This document shows, piece by piece, positions 49,286-59,201 of a stretch of 64,000 nt of DNA. Positions within the stretch are counted from its first letter, which is position 1. Each line of letters starts with the position of its first letter. The position numbers and the translations under genes are program-made. The notes beneath the pieces are model-generated. The model was not told the origin of the DNA. It was given only the letters and a program-made list of their open reading frames with translations, and searched no databases. The DNA is taken from the NCBI RefSeq assembly GCF_040564635.1, contig NZ_CP159837.1:355801-419800 (forward strand). The letters run 5' to 3'. Source of the stretch: Planktothricoides raciborskii GIHE-MW2. GTDB lineage: Bacteria > Cyanobacteriota > Cyanobacteriia > Cyanobacteriales > Laspinemataceae.

Positions 49286-50599
49286 ATGACTTTGACTGCA
49301 ACCGGATCGCCCAGTTTAGAAGATATTGCCCGCAAAACCCGTGACGCTGCCCGTCAGTTGGGGATTCTGTCCACCGAGGAGAGAAATCAAGGAATTGAAG
49401 CGATCGCCGCTGCCTTGGAAGCTGCCACCCCGGACATTCTCGCTGCTAATGCGATCGACTGTGAAAACGCTGTGGCTGACGGCATTGCCAAACCTTTGTA
49501 TCATCGACTGAAACTCACCGCAAGCAAACTCCAAGCCACTATTGCCGGAGTACGAGATGTGGGGAAATTGCCGGATCCCGTTGGCGCAGTGCAAATTCAC
49601 CGAGAACTAGATGAAGGATTGATTCTCAAGCGAGTGACTTGTCCCCTGGGAGTTTTGGGGATTATTTTTGAAGCGCGACCGGATGCGGCGATTCAAATTT
49701 CGGCTTTAGGGATTAAATCCGGTAATGGGGTAATTCTCAAAGGCGGAAAAGAGGCGATTCATTCTTGTACCGCGATTGTGAAAGCCATTCGCCAAGGTCT
49801 TGGGACAACGAAAATCGCTCCAGAGGTGGTGCAATTGCTGACCACTAGAGAGGAAATTCAAGAGTTACTGAAACTGGATAAATATGTTGACTTGATTATT
49901 CCCAGAGGTTCTAATTCTTTTGTCCAGTTCGTGATGAATCACACGAATATTCCCGTGTTGGGTCATGCGGATGGCGTTTGTCATCTCTATATAGATGCGG
50001 CGGCGGATATGGAAAAAGCGGTTAACATTACGGTGGATTCTAAAACTCAGTATCCCGCTGCTTGTAATGCTACGGAAACTTTGTTAGTTCACCGGAATAT
50101 TGCTGCTAATTTTTTGCCTTTGGTGGCGAAAGGTTTGCAAGTTCATCAAGTAGAATTACGGGGCGATCGCATTACCCGTGATTTTCTCCGGGATTTGGCG
50201 ATCGCGGAAGCTACGGACGAAGATTGGGCTACAGAATATACGGATTTAATCCTATCAATTAAAATTGTGGATTCCCTGGAAGCGGCGATCGCTCATATTA
50301 ATCAATATGGATCGGGACATACTGATGCGATCGTCACCGAAGATAGCGCTGCTGCCAGTAAATTTTTAGCCCAAGTAGATGCGGCTGGAGTGTTTCATAA
50401 TTGTTCCACCCGCTTTGCCGATGGTTTCCGCTATGGTTTTGGTGCGGAAGTGGGCATTAGTACCAGCCAAATGCCGCCCCGTGGCCCCGTGGGACTCGAA
50501 GGATTAATTACTTATAAATATCAAGTCACGGGCAACGGTCACATTGTGGCCACATACGCTGGCGACCATCCTAAATCTTTTACCCACCGGGATTTATAA
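49286..50599 (+). CDS. proA: gamma-glutamyl phosphate reductase
   Basis: ALDH-fold ProA motifs; conserved N-terminus starts at the Met at 49286 ([25 protein letters not shown]), so the 61 upstream codons in the ORF track are probably untranslated. Confidence 0.9.
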   Translation: MTLTATGSPSLEDIARKTRDAARQLGILSTEERNQGIEAIAAALEAATPDILAANAIDCENAVADGIAKPLYHRLKLTASKLQATIAGVRDVGKLPDPVGAVQIHRELDEGLILKRVTCPLGVLGIIFEARPDAAIQISALGIKSGNGVILKGGKEAIHSCTAIVKAIRQGLGTTKIAPEVVQLLTTREEIQELLKLDKYVDLIIPRGSNSFVQFVMNHTNIPVLGHADGVCHLYIDAAADMEKAVNITVDSKTQYPAACNATETLLVHRNIAANFLPLVAKGLQVHQVELRGDRITRDFLRDLAIAEATDEDWATEYTDLILSIKIVDSLEAAIAHINQYGSGHTDAIVTEDSAAASKFLAQVDAAGVFHNCSTRFADGFRYGFGAEVGISTSQMPPRGPVGLEGLITYKYQVTGNGHIVATYAGDHPKSFTHRDL

Positions 50600-50603
50600 T
50601 CAG

Positions 50604-50654
50604 AAAAAAAACCGGGTTTTTGTGGCTAATTCCGCATAAAAACCCGGTTTTTCA
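50604..50654. terminator. paired AAAAACCGGGTTTTT / AAAAACCCGGTTTTT palindromes after proA
   Basis: Member of the AAACCCGGTTT palindrome-pair family. Confidence 0.6.
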
Positions 50655-50912
50655 TACCAAGTTTTAAAATTTTTGCTACAATTTCAGTGTTACAGCAATT
50701 TTCTCCACGAGTAAATTGCTGTAGTGGCTGGTGCTTAAATTTTGTTGTTAGTTTGAACCAATAAAAGTGATCGCATTTAGGACTGAACCAGCGATCACTT
50801 AATTTATTGCAACAAATCGCAATAAATATTCAACTATTTAATACAAAAATTTACACACATTGGAAAATATATAGTGTAACATAGATCGCTAACTTCAGTA
50901 AAATAGTGCAAA

Positions 50913-51215
50913 TTGGATGTGTTTGACCCAATCACAATGGAAGTGGAGTCAGAGTCAGGAAACAACGTTCCCGCGTGGTTTCTTGACACAAACTATGACG
51001 GCCTATGTTTCCATGTCAATCAGGCTTTCTTCCCCGGTACAAGTGCTTGGGACGGCATCAAGAAGGCACTAAAGAGAACCTATGATAATGAAGTTTGGGA
51101 GCATTTAGCGGGGACAATTAGCGCACCATTTGAGGCAGGGAAGCATCAGGAAATTGCGGTTAAAGTTATTGATGACCGGGGTAATGAATTGTTATTTACT
51201 AAGCGTTTATCGTAG
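50913..51215 (+). pseudogene. C-terminal remnant of a beta-class N6-adenine/N4-cytosine DNA methyltransferase (Type III Mod / Type II MTase tail)
   Basis: ...WFLDTNYDGLCFHVNQAFF...ALKRTYDNEVWEHLAGTISAPFEAGKHQEIAVKVIDDRGNELL matches, from memory, the conserved C-terminal tail (W.iDtdYDg..F...Ff......L...l.......w..l....S.PFe.G....IAVKVID..GnE) of these MTases; no catalytic N-terminal region exists upstream (300 bp of AT-rich non-coding DNA). Confidence 0.45.
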
Positions 51216-51236
51216 TTATTGGAGCTACTGTAGAAA

Positions 51237-52406
51237 ATGAATTACCGAGAAAATGAAATTCAAGAACCTTTTTTTGATATCGATATTTCTGAAGGAATCG
51301 ATTACTCCTCAATAGATTGTAATAATCGCCACTTTCAACAAGCCCAGCGATTCCATCAAAAACTGAGATCAGTAAATCGGTTTATTCAGTATTGTTTTAT
51401 GTATGACCCGTTAGTCAATTTAGAAACAGGAAATTCAATATCAATTTATCTAAATCCTAGGCTACTTATTGTACACAATATTTTGGAAGAAAGCAATAAA
51501 ACGTACAGTCAAATTTTTATTTTAAATAATCTCATCAAAATACCTAGTCTTAAAAAGCTAGAACAACAATATTTAGAAACCACAAAACGTGATAGCGAGG
51601 ACTATTTGCAAAAAGCTCAAATGCAAATTAACTGTTATAGCTGTATTGCACCATTCCGAATTATAAATCCAGAACAAATAACTGAAGAATACTTAAATAA
51701 ATACTCGGGTAAAAACAATCAGTCAAAGGTCACGGATAAAAAAATTGATTTGATTAATAAAAAAAGAAACGCTAAAAAATTTGAAACTAGCGAAGTATTG
51801 TATTACAAGCAATATATTTGTTGTGAACATGAAGGTGAAAAAGGATGGATTATTCTTTATAGAAGCCCACTTTTAAGTATCGATGATTTTAAATCAGAAA
51901 TAATAGGTATAGGTGAAACTCTCTTAGAGGCAGATTTAGACTTTCAAAGGAAAAAAGCCGGGTTATTTTTAGAAACTATGGAGTTAAAGCAAAATGTTTT
52001 AAATTCAAACACACCAGTTAACATAAATCAGATGAGAACTTTTTGCCAACAATACGACAAGAATATAAAATATGATAGTTTTACTCACGAATACACTGGT
52101 TGTTTCAAAAGAAAAACATTTGGGTTTAAGCTAACTTGTCGGTCTGAATTATATAAATTTACAGTTTCCGTTTCGTCTCATTCTACTAAATGGACTGTGG
52201 AAACCCACATAAATGCAAGATACAAAATACCAATAGAAGCAACAGGTAAATCCTTGGAAGAAGCTTTTAACAAAGCTAAAGAAAAGCATGACCGTATTTT
52301 ATCAAATCCGGAACTTATTCAGAAGGAAATTGCATTTATAGAGCAAGACTACCAACCAAACTATGATGAATATATAAACCTAGACCTAAGTTCCGAGTTT
52401 GAATGA
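51237..52406 (+). CDS. hypothetical protein, AT-rich (Lys/Asn/Ile-rich), no recognisable family; candidate restriction-endonuclease-like partner of the MTase remnant
   Basis: 389-aa intact ORF starting 22 bp after the MTase remnant; GC content clearly below the window average. Confidence 0.55.
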   Translation: MNYRENEIQEPFFDIDISEGIDYSSIDCNNRHFQQAQRFHQKLRSVNRFIQYCFMYDPLVNLETGNSISIYLNPRLLIVHNILEESNKTYSQIFILNNLIKIPSLKKLEQQYLETTKRDSEDYLQKAQMQINCYSCIAPFRIINPEQITEEYLNKYSGKNNQSKVTDKKIDLINKKRNAKKFETSEVLYYKQYICCEHEGEKGWIILYRSPLLSIDDFKSEIIGIGETLLEADLDFQRKKAGLFLETMELKQNVLNSNTPVNINQMRTFCQQYDKNIKYDSFTHEYTGCFKRKTFGFKLTCRSELYKFTVSVSSHSTKWTVETHINARYKIPIEATGKSLEEAFNKAKEKHDRILSNPELIQKEIAFIEQDYQPNYDEYINLDLSSEFE

Positions 52407-52530
52407 TGTATTTCACCCAGTTAAAGACATCAAAAAATTAGATTTTTTAAAAATGACCTACGAAGTCAACGAACCCATCCTCAATTCCCCTTTTGATGAA
52501 CCATCCCGGTATTGGTTTATTCGAGAGGGC

Positions 52531-52659
52531 TAAGTAGGTGAAGATAATTAATTGCACTTTTCGTTCTCCGCCGATAGGCTTTGGATTCCCGCCTTCGCGG
52601 GAATGACAGTTTTTCTTCTGATATGGTCTGTGGTGCATTTATTTCTGCCCACCTACTTA
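52531..52659. mobile_element. MITE-like element, copy 2 (inverted relative to copy 1 at 13570-13704)
   Basis: TAAGTAGGTGAAGATAATTAATTGCACTTTTCGTT...GATTCCCGCCTTCGCGGGAATGACAG...CACCTACTTA is the reverse complement of copy 1 at about 90% identity. Confidence 0.75.
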
Positions 52660-52761
52660 TCTTATTCTTTCTATGAGTTTGCCCCGACCGTCAGCCTTGG
52701 CAAGTCACGATCTAATAAATCAGTTAAAATAAACTAACTGCGATCGACTATTGTATAACTA

Positions 52762-53481
52762 ATGATTCAAGCCCCTTTTTCTGCTCAACTACTTTACCCT
52801 GATTCTGACGGGAAACCGATGGCCGATAATACAGAACAATATGAATGGATTGTGCGTTTGGTGACAAATCTGAAGCATTTATTAAAAGATGAAGTAGCGT
52901 TTGTAGCCGGAGATTTGCTGTGGTATCCCGTGGAAGTAGAGGAACCACCGGCACCCCGCCAAGCGCCAGATGCAATGGTGGCTTTGGGTCGTCCTGCGGG
53001 ATATCGCGGCAGCTATAAGCAATGGGAAGAAGACAACATTGCCCCGCAAGTAGTATTTGAGATTCTCTCACCAAGCAACACCCGTCGGGAAATGGCGGAA
53101 AAGCAAAAATTTTATGAAGACTACGGGGTTTTAGAGAGTTATTACTATGACCTCGAACGCAAAGATTTCTGGGGATTTGTGCGATCGCAGCCTGATGATA
53201 TTTGCACCTTGATTACCGCGTTGTATTTGCCTTGGACATCGCCGTTATTGCAGATTAGATTTGAACTAATGGAGGATGGGTTAGCGGTGTTTCATCCCAA
53301 TGGCGAACCTTTTGCTGAACCGGAAACCATGTTTCTGGAAAGAGATGCCGCCCGACTCGCAGAACAAGAGGCACAAGCTGAACGCGATCGGGCACTGTTG
53401 CGGGAAGAACAAACTCAAGCCAAACTCAATCAAGCCTTAGCAAAACTTCAGGAGTTGGGCATCGATCCCGATACCCTCTAG
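52762..53481 (+). CDS. Uma2-family (DUF820) putative restriction-endonuclease-like protein
   Basis: YPDSDGKPMADNTEQYEWIVRL... and PQVVFEILSPSNTRRE...FYEDYGVLESYYYDLE hallmark motifs. Confidence 0.85.
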   Translation: MIQAPFSAQLLYPDSDGKPMADNTEQYEWIVRLVTNLKHLLKDEVAFVAGDLLWYPVEVEEPPAPRQAPDAMVALGRPAGYRGSYKQWEEDNIAPQVVFEILSPSNTRREMAEKQKFYEDYGVLESYYYDLERKDFWGFVRSQPDDICTLITALYLPWTSPLLQIRFELMEDGLAVFHPNGEPFAEPETMFLERDAARLAEQEAQAERDRALLREEQTQAKLNQALAKLQELGIDPDTL

Positions 53482-53726
53482 GGAGAGGCATAATAGACAA
53501 GAGCGCAAAATAAATATTTCGATCCCCCCAACCCCCCTAAAAAAGAGGGGCTTTTTATAATGAAAGCTTTCTTGTCTAATGAGAAAAGAAACCGGGTTTC
53601 TTGGGTTGAGGATCGAGAATGACCAGTTGTAACCCATGAGAAACCCGGTTTCTGGGCTGATAAATTATAAATATTTTCCTGATATACCATCTCGAAATAC
53701 AATAAAATCAGATTCGGCCTCAACCC

Positions 53727-54470
53727 ATGCCCATGATTAACTCCCTAGAAACACAACTTTATCACCTGCAACAACTGGCAAACAACCTGGTCACGAACCA
53801 AATCACCCATTTAACTTTTGTCAGTGTTGGGGTCATTTTTCTGGCGGGTTTACTCACCAGTTTAACCCCTTGTATGCTTTCCATGTTGCCAATTACCATT
53901 GGCTATATTGGCGGTTATGAAACTAAAAATCGCCTGGAAGCAGCGGCCCAGTCTGCCTGGTTTTCCCTGGGACTCGCCACCACCCTAGCGGCTTTAGGAA
54001 TTGCCGCCGCGACGTTGGGCAAAGTCTATGGACAAGTTGGCATTGGTTTGCCAATTCTGGTTAGCGCGATCGCCATTTTAATGGGTTTAAACTTACTCGA
54101 AGCCTTACCCATTCAACTGCCATCATTTGACGGAATGCAGTGGATTTCCCAAGACTTACCGAAAGGCATTCGTTCTTACTTACTCGGTCTAACCTTTGGC
54201 TTAGTGGCTTCTCCTTGTAGTACCCCGGTTTTAGCCACATTATTAGCTTGGGTTTCCACCAGCCAAGACCTCATCTTAGGCGGGGTATTGCTATTAGCTT
54301 ATGCCGCTGGTTATGTTTCCCCATTAATTTTAGCAGGAACTTTTACCGCCAGCATCAAAAAACTCTTAGAATTAAGAAAATGGTCTAGTTGGATTACTCC
54401 AGTCAGCGGCGCATTATTAGTCGGATTTGGGGTGTTTACCCTGTTATTTAGACTCTTGCCCGTAGCTTAA
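53727..54470 (+). CDS. ccdA: cytochrome c-type biogenesis protein CcdA (DsbD-family thiol-disulfide transporter)
   Basis: 6-TM protein with LTSLTPCMLSMLPITIGYIGG and ...SPCSTPVLATLL Cys motifs. Confidence 0.9.
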   Translation: MPMINSLETQLYHLQQLANNLVTNQITHLTFVSVGVIFLAGLLTSLTPCMLSMLPITIGYIGGYETKNRLEAAAQSAWFSLGLATTLAALGIAAATLGKVYGQVGIGLPILVSAIAILMGLNLLEALPIQLPSFDGMQWISQDLPKGIRSYLLGLTFGLVASPCSTPVLATLLAWVSTSQDLILGGVLLLAYAAGYVSPLILAGTFTASIKKLLELRKWSSWITPVSGALLVGFGVFTLLFRLLPVA

Positions 54471-54485
54471 TTTGCGCCGCGCCGC

Positions 54486-54675
54486 ATCTCCAGTAGGGGC
54501 GAAGCATTCGCGGATATATCTCCCGGATAAACAGAAAAATTATCTATATACGCGAATGCTTCGCCCAATATATTTCTGCTTTTATATAATTCTGTAAGGG
54601 CGAAGCATGACCGGATAAAATTTCGGCTTTTAACCAATAATTTACCTGCGGTCATGCTTCGCCCTTACCCAAGTG
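54486..54675. repeat. three hairpin elements of the GTAGGGGCGAAGCAT(T/G)(C/A)C(G)G family
   Basis: Inverted pairs GTAGGGGCGAAGCATTCGCGG...CGCGAATGCTTCGCCC and GTAAGGGCGAAGCATGACCGG...GGTCATGCTTCGCCCTTAC. Confidence 0.75.
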
Positions 54676-54739
54676 GGATGATCCTATGTTCGCTTTTCAG
54701 TTGATTTAAGTAACACAATAAATCTGGAACACATAAACC

Positions 54740-56161
54740 ATGAACTTAAACGAATCTAAAGACTCTGTACCCTCAGAAAATCCGCCGGAAAATTCAGCAC
54801 CCAAAAATTGGACAGCTAAACAATTGCTCCGCAAAGTATTACTGATTATTGGCGATTTACGATTAGCGATTATCTTACTATTAGCGATCGCCTTTTTTAG
54901 CATCTCTGGCACCGTCATAGAACAAGGAGAATCCCTACAGTTTTATCAAGCCAACTATCCCGAAAACCCAGCCTTATTTGGCTTCCTCACCTGGAAAGTA
55001 GTTAAAACTGTTGGCCTGGATCATGTTTATAAAACCTGGTGGTTTCTCTCTATTTTAATCTTATTTGGTTCCAGCTTAACCGCTTGTACCTTTACCCATC
55101 AATTCCCTGCCCTCAAAGCAGCCCAAACCTGGAAATTTTATGAAAAACCCAGACAATATGAAAAATTAGCCCTCAGTACCCAACTCAGTGGCGGCCATCT
55201 CAACGAACTGGAACAAGTATTACAAAATCGGCGCTATCGCGTATTTCGAGAAGGCAATAAAATTTATGCCCGCAAAGGCATAATCGGCAAAATTGGCCCA
55301 ATTATTGTCCATGCCAGTATGTTGATTATTTTGGCGGGGGCAATTTGGGGCACCCTCACGGGAATTATGGCCCAACAATTAATCCCCAGTGGGGATAGTT
55401 TCAGCATTAATAATATTATCGATGCGGGGCCATTGGCGCAATTAAATGTATTTAAAGATTGGTCAGTCAAAGTCAATCGATTCTGGATTGAATACCAAGA
55501 AGATGGCAAGATTGACCAGTTTTATTCTGACTTATCTGTATTGGATAATCAACAACAAGAAGTCGATCGCCAAACTATTTATGTAAACAAGCCCTTACGC
55601 TATCGGGGCGTAACCCTTTACCAAACCGATTGGGGCATTGCCGGGATTAAAGTCCGGCTGAATAATAGCCCAGTTTTGCAATTACCAATGGGTGAATTAA
55701 AAACCGGAAGTAAGACCAGAGTTTGGGGGACTTGGATTCCCACCAAAACCGATTTAAGTGATGGAGTTTCCGTGATTGCCATTGACTTACAAGGCACGGT
55801 TTTACTCTATGGCAACGATGGCAAATTGATCGGCACTGCCCGCACCGGCAGCGCGATCGAAGTCAATGGTATCAGCCTCACCATTGTCGATTTAGTAGGC
55901 AGTACCGGCTTACAAATTAAAAGCGATCCGGGCATTCCCATTGTTTACACCGGCTTTGGTTTACTGATGCTAGGAGTAATGATGAGTTACGTCTCTCACT
56001 CCCAAATTTGGGCCTTACAAAAAGACGGCAAATGTTATATTGGCGGTCGGACAAACCGGGCTTTAGTCACCTTTGAGCGGGAAGTTTTACAAATTTTAGA
56101 ACAACTCAACCAACCCCCGTCCGAAGGCAGTTCCCTAGAAACGAGTTCCGTGGGCATTTAA
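54740..56161 (+). CDS. ccs1: cytochrome c biogenesis protein Ccs1/ResB
   Basis: 473 aa; N-terminal TM ([25 protein letters not shown]), large lumenal domain, C-terminal TM helices; follows ccdA as in other cyanobacteria. Confidence 0.9.
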   Translation: MNLNESKDSVPSENPPENSAPKNWTAKQLLRKVLLIIGDLRLAIILLLAIAFFSISGTVIEQGESLQFYQANYPENPALFGFLTWKVVKTVGLDHVYKTWWFLSILILFGSSLTACTFTHQFPALKAAQTWKFYEKPRQYEKLALSTQLSGGHLNELEQVLQNRRYRVFREGNKIYARKGIIGKIGPIIVHASMLIILAGAIWGTLTGIMAQQLIPSGDSFSINNIIDAGPLAQLNVFKDWSVKVNRFWIEYQEDGKIDQFYSDLSVLDNQQQEVDRQTIYVNKPLRYRGVTLYQTDWGIAGIKVRLNNSPVLQLPMGELKTGSKTRVWGTWIPTKTDLSDGVSVIAIDLQGTVLLYGNDGKLIGTARTGSAIEVNGISLTIVDLVGSTGLQIKSDPGIPIVYTGFGLLMLGVMMSYVSHSQIWALQKDGKCYIGGRTNRALVTFEREVLQILEQLNQPPSEGSSLETSSVGI

Positions 56162-56182
56162 TGCCAATTTCCTGCAACTGTA

Positions 56183-56214
56183 GGGTGGGTCAAATTTTGC
56201 CCACCTTACTAACT
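56183..56214 (+). terminator. hairpin GGTGGGTCAAATTTTGCCCACC after ccs1
   Basis: Imperfect 10-bp stem directly after the stop codon. Confidence 0.5.
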
Positions 56215-56218
56215 AATA

Positions 56219-56595
56219 CCATTTACAAAAATTCATCCAACAGTAGGGGCGCTACGGAAAAGCGCCCAAATAAACCTGGGAATTGTATAGTTTCTAAAAT
56301 TAGTAAAATAGTCGATTTCAACCGCCTGTAGGGGTCAACGGCCGTTGACCCCTACAGGCGGGGATTTTAATCCCCGCCGGATTTTAATCCCCGCAATCGT
56401 CGGTTAATTGCGGGGGTACATAAACCGCCGGGGGTTAAAACCCCCGGCTAATAGCGCAAGTCGGTTAAAACCGACTTTGGATTATTTTGAAATTGGTAAT
56501 TTTATTTACAAAAATTCATACAACAGTAGGGGAGCAATGCTTGCGCCCAAATAAACCAGGGAATTGTAGCAGTAGTTTCTAAAATTGGTATAACC
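56219..56595. repeat. two about 90-bp direct repeats (56219-56312, 56497-56595) bracketing a 185-bp array of six hairpins with TTAA/TTTAA/TTAAAA loops (includes a perfect 38-bp palindrome at 56322-56359)
   Basis: Direct repeats about 85% identical (ATTTACAAAAATTCATmCAACAGTAGGGG...GCGCCCAAATAAACC.GGGAATTGTA...AGTTTCTAAAATT); hairpins CGCCTGTAGGGGTCAACGGCCGTTGACCCCTACAGGCG, GGGGATTTTAATCCCC (x2), CCCCGCAAT..ATTGCGGGG, CCGGGGGTTAAAACCCCCGG, AAGTCGGTTAAAACCGACTT. Confidence 0.75.
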
Positions 56596-56640
56596 ACTCC
56601 CCGCAACCATGCCCCGAATGAAATAACCAAAATTGTCAAA

Positions 56641-58710
56641 CTAAAGCCATCCTCTAATCTCACTTTCGGTCAGGGTGCGCTCAATTTTTATATATTCACT
56701 TTTCGTCGCTTCTAAAATATGTTTCATCATCACAGGTTCCCCGGCTTCAGCGGCTAAAAATGCCGCATTTATGGCAATATTGCGGATATTTCCTCCGGCT
56801 ACATTCAGTTTGGCTAACTTCTTAAACGCTAATCCTTCCGTTGGGGTTTTTTCGGGGAAAATGCGCTGCCAAATTTCTCCCCGTTGATTGATATCTGGGA
56901 AAGGAAATTGCACCACAAATCTAATCCGGCGCAAAAATGCTTGGTCAATGGAATTTTTTAAGTTAGTGGTGAGAATGGCTAAACCCCGATAGGCTTCCAT
57001 GCGCTGCAAGAGATAGCCCACTTCAATATTGGCATAGCGATCGTGACTATCTTTAACATCAGACCTTTTGCCAAATAAAGCATCAGCTTCATCAAATAAT
57101 AATATCGCGCCGCCCCCTTCAGCAGCATCAAAAACCCGCCGCAAGTTTTTCTCGGTTTCGCCAATATATTTACTGACAATTGAACTTAAATCAATTCGAT
57201 AAAGGTCGAGTTGTAATTGTTTGGCTAAAATTTCCGCTGCCATTGTTTTTCCCGTGCCACTAGACCCGGCAAATAAGGCACTAATGCCTAAGCCTCGGCC
57301 ACTTTTGTCCCCAAAACCCCATTGTTCATAAACTTTTACTCGTTGTTTGACTTGGGCGTAGCATTCTTGCAAAACTTGTTTCTCTTTTTCCGGCAAAATT
57401 AAGTCATCCCAAGTGGCGTTTGTGTCGATGCGTTGGGCTAATTCATCCATTTTTAATCGGGCTTGAAGGCGACAAGTTTGCCACAGTTGATGATGAATTT
57501 TTTCCTGAAGTTCTGTAGTTTCTGTAGGTTCAGTTTGGGCAAAATTTTCGGGTTGACTTGTTTGATATATGTTTTGATTGATTTGATGATTTTCTAGTTT
57601 TTGATTGATGATTCCTTTGGCTTGCAAACAAGCAGAATTAATCGCCGAAGGACTGAGGTTAAAATGGGCGACTAAAGATTCAATATGGCCATTGAGTTGA
57701 GTGGCCATATCACCCAAGGCATTTTGCCAAACTATGCGTTGTTCGCGGGCTGTGGGATGAGTGACTTCTAGGGTAATTAGGGGGCGTTGCCGTTGGGTGC
57801 GCCGATCGCGACTACTGACTATTAAAGGACATTTAATCGTATCAATAAAACGGGCTACGGTTGCCTCTCTCCATGCTTCATTACTTTCTAAGTGGTCGCA
57901 GTCGAGAAATATGGCACTTTTATTTAAAATATATTCGCGATCGCACAAACTTTTCAGTAAATTTTGTTGGGTTTGATCCGCTGGTAAAGCATCTGCTGAC
58001 ATCACCAATAAATTTAGGCCAAGGTCTGCACAAGCTTTAGCCGCGATCGCCTGTTTACTAGCCGGTTCCATCCCACATAATTGTAACACTGGAAAGCGGC
58101 CAAATTCGGCATAACTTTGCCCCCAACTAGCGACAATTTCTTGCGCCAACTCTTGATGAGACGAAACCAACAGTAGGGGCGAAATGCCGTTCTCCCCTAC
58201 CTCAACATAAAACTCTGGACTTAAAGGTTCAACAATGCCATGCAAGCGTTCATCTAAATAATTAACCCCCACCAAATAATGTAAAATTCGCTCATCAATT
58301 CGCAGGGGACTCGTGGCCAAAGTTCTGGCCACACCCACTTCAATTAATCGCCATTTTCGCAGGGGATTTATCGGACTCAGAGCATCCCAATGTCCCCCCG
58401 GAAATATGGCCAAAGCTAAACTAAAAGTCGGATAAATTTTTTGCTCATTATGTTGGGCTTGGGCACAAAGTCCGGCAAATTGAGCATCAAATTCTACCGC
58501 CGCACATAATACTAATAAATCCCTTTCAAAAGGGGAAAGTTGGAAAGATTTACAGACCGTTTCTAACGCCGTCGGTTGGCTGAACTGGCTAGGAGGCAAA
58601 GTCGGCAATTTAACTTGACCAGGATTCTGGTTAATCATTAGTTCTAATGCCTCTTGCACCCGCGCGATCGCACCCATCAAATACTTTTGATTTTCTTCTT
58701 GCCAGTTCAT
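56641..58710 (-). CDS. AAA+ ATPase of contractile-injection-system type (Afp15/Pvc15-like)
   Basis: C-terminal AAA module (GLGISALFAGSSGTGKTMAAEILA...ILLFDEADALFGKR...LLQRMEAYRGLAILTTN) preceded by a 450-aa N-terminal region; last gene of the tail-like cluster. Confidence 0.75.
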   Translation of the reverse strand: MNWQEENQKYLMGAIARVQEALELMINQNPGQVKLPTLPPSQFSQPTALETVCKSFQLSPFERDLLVLCAAVEFDAQFAGLCAQAQHNEQKIYPTFSLALAIFPGGHWDALSPINPLRKWRLIEVGVARTLATSPLRIDERILHYLVGVNYLDERLHGIVEPLSPEFYVEVGENGISPLLLVSSHQELAQEIVASWGQSYAEFGRFPVLQLCGMEPASKQAIAAKACADLGLNLLVMSADALPADQTQQNLLKSLCDREYILNKSAIFLDCDHLESNEAWREATVARFIDTIKCPLIVSSRDRRTQRQRPLITLEVTHPTAREQRIVWQNALGDMATQLNGHIESLVAHFNLSPSAINSACLQAKGIINQKLENHQINQNIYQTSQPENFAQTEPTETTELQEKIHHQLWQTCRLQARLKMDELAQRIDTNATWDDLILPEKEKQVLQECYAQVKQRVKVYEQWGFGDKSGRGLGISALFAGSSGTGKTMAAEILAKQLQLDLYRIDLSSIVSKYIGETEKNLRRVFDAAEGGGAILLFDEADALFGKRSDVKDSHDRYANIEVGYLLQRMEAYRGLAILTTNLKNSIDQAFLRRIRFVVQFPFPDINQRGEIWQRIFPEKTPTEGLAFKKLAKLNVAGGNIRNIAINAAFLAAEAGEPVMMKHILEATKSEYIKIERTLTESEIRGWL

Positions 58711-58871
58711 AATAATTCCCGATTATTCCCGATTATTCCCGGTACTATCTTACAGCGGTTTTAAGATTAATTAACCATAAATTTTCTTAGGGGCAATCCG
58801 ATGGCGGTGGTTGCCCCTACACTACCGGAATGCTTCGCCCCTACAATGCCGGAATGCTTCGCCCCTAAAGT

Positions 58872-59090
58872 CTAAGTTGATTTCAGCAAATCCTCTAAAT
58901 ACTTTTCCGCCTCTTCTGGAGTCAGCAGCAGTTCTTGATCTTTTCTCAGAATTTCATACTTTCCGCCCCGATAACCATGCCCAATAATCAGCTTCGCTTT
59001 AACTGCCTCATTCCCCAACTTATGCAACCGATTATAACTCAGGGTTTCCATCTCTCTTTCTAATTGTTGTCTCAATTCTTCTTCATTCAT
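58872..59090 (-). CDS. small hypothetical protein (72 aa) between the cap and ATPase genes
   Basis: ORF with a charged N-terminal helix and GHGYRGGKYEILRK segment; no recognisable family. Confidence 0.35.
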   Translation of the reverse strand: MNEEELRQQLEREMETLSYNRLHKLGNEAVKAKLIIGHGYRGGKYEILRKDQELLLTPEEAEKYLEDLLKST

Positions 59091-59201
59091 CGCTTTAATT
59101 CCTTACTTTTGTTATTGGTTATTTGTTGTTAGTTATTAGTTATTTGTTAGGCAAATTTAAGTCAACTAACCACTAACAAATAACCAATAACATATAACAA
59201 T

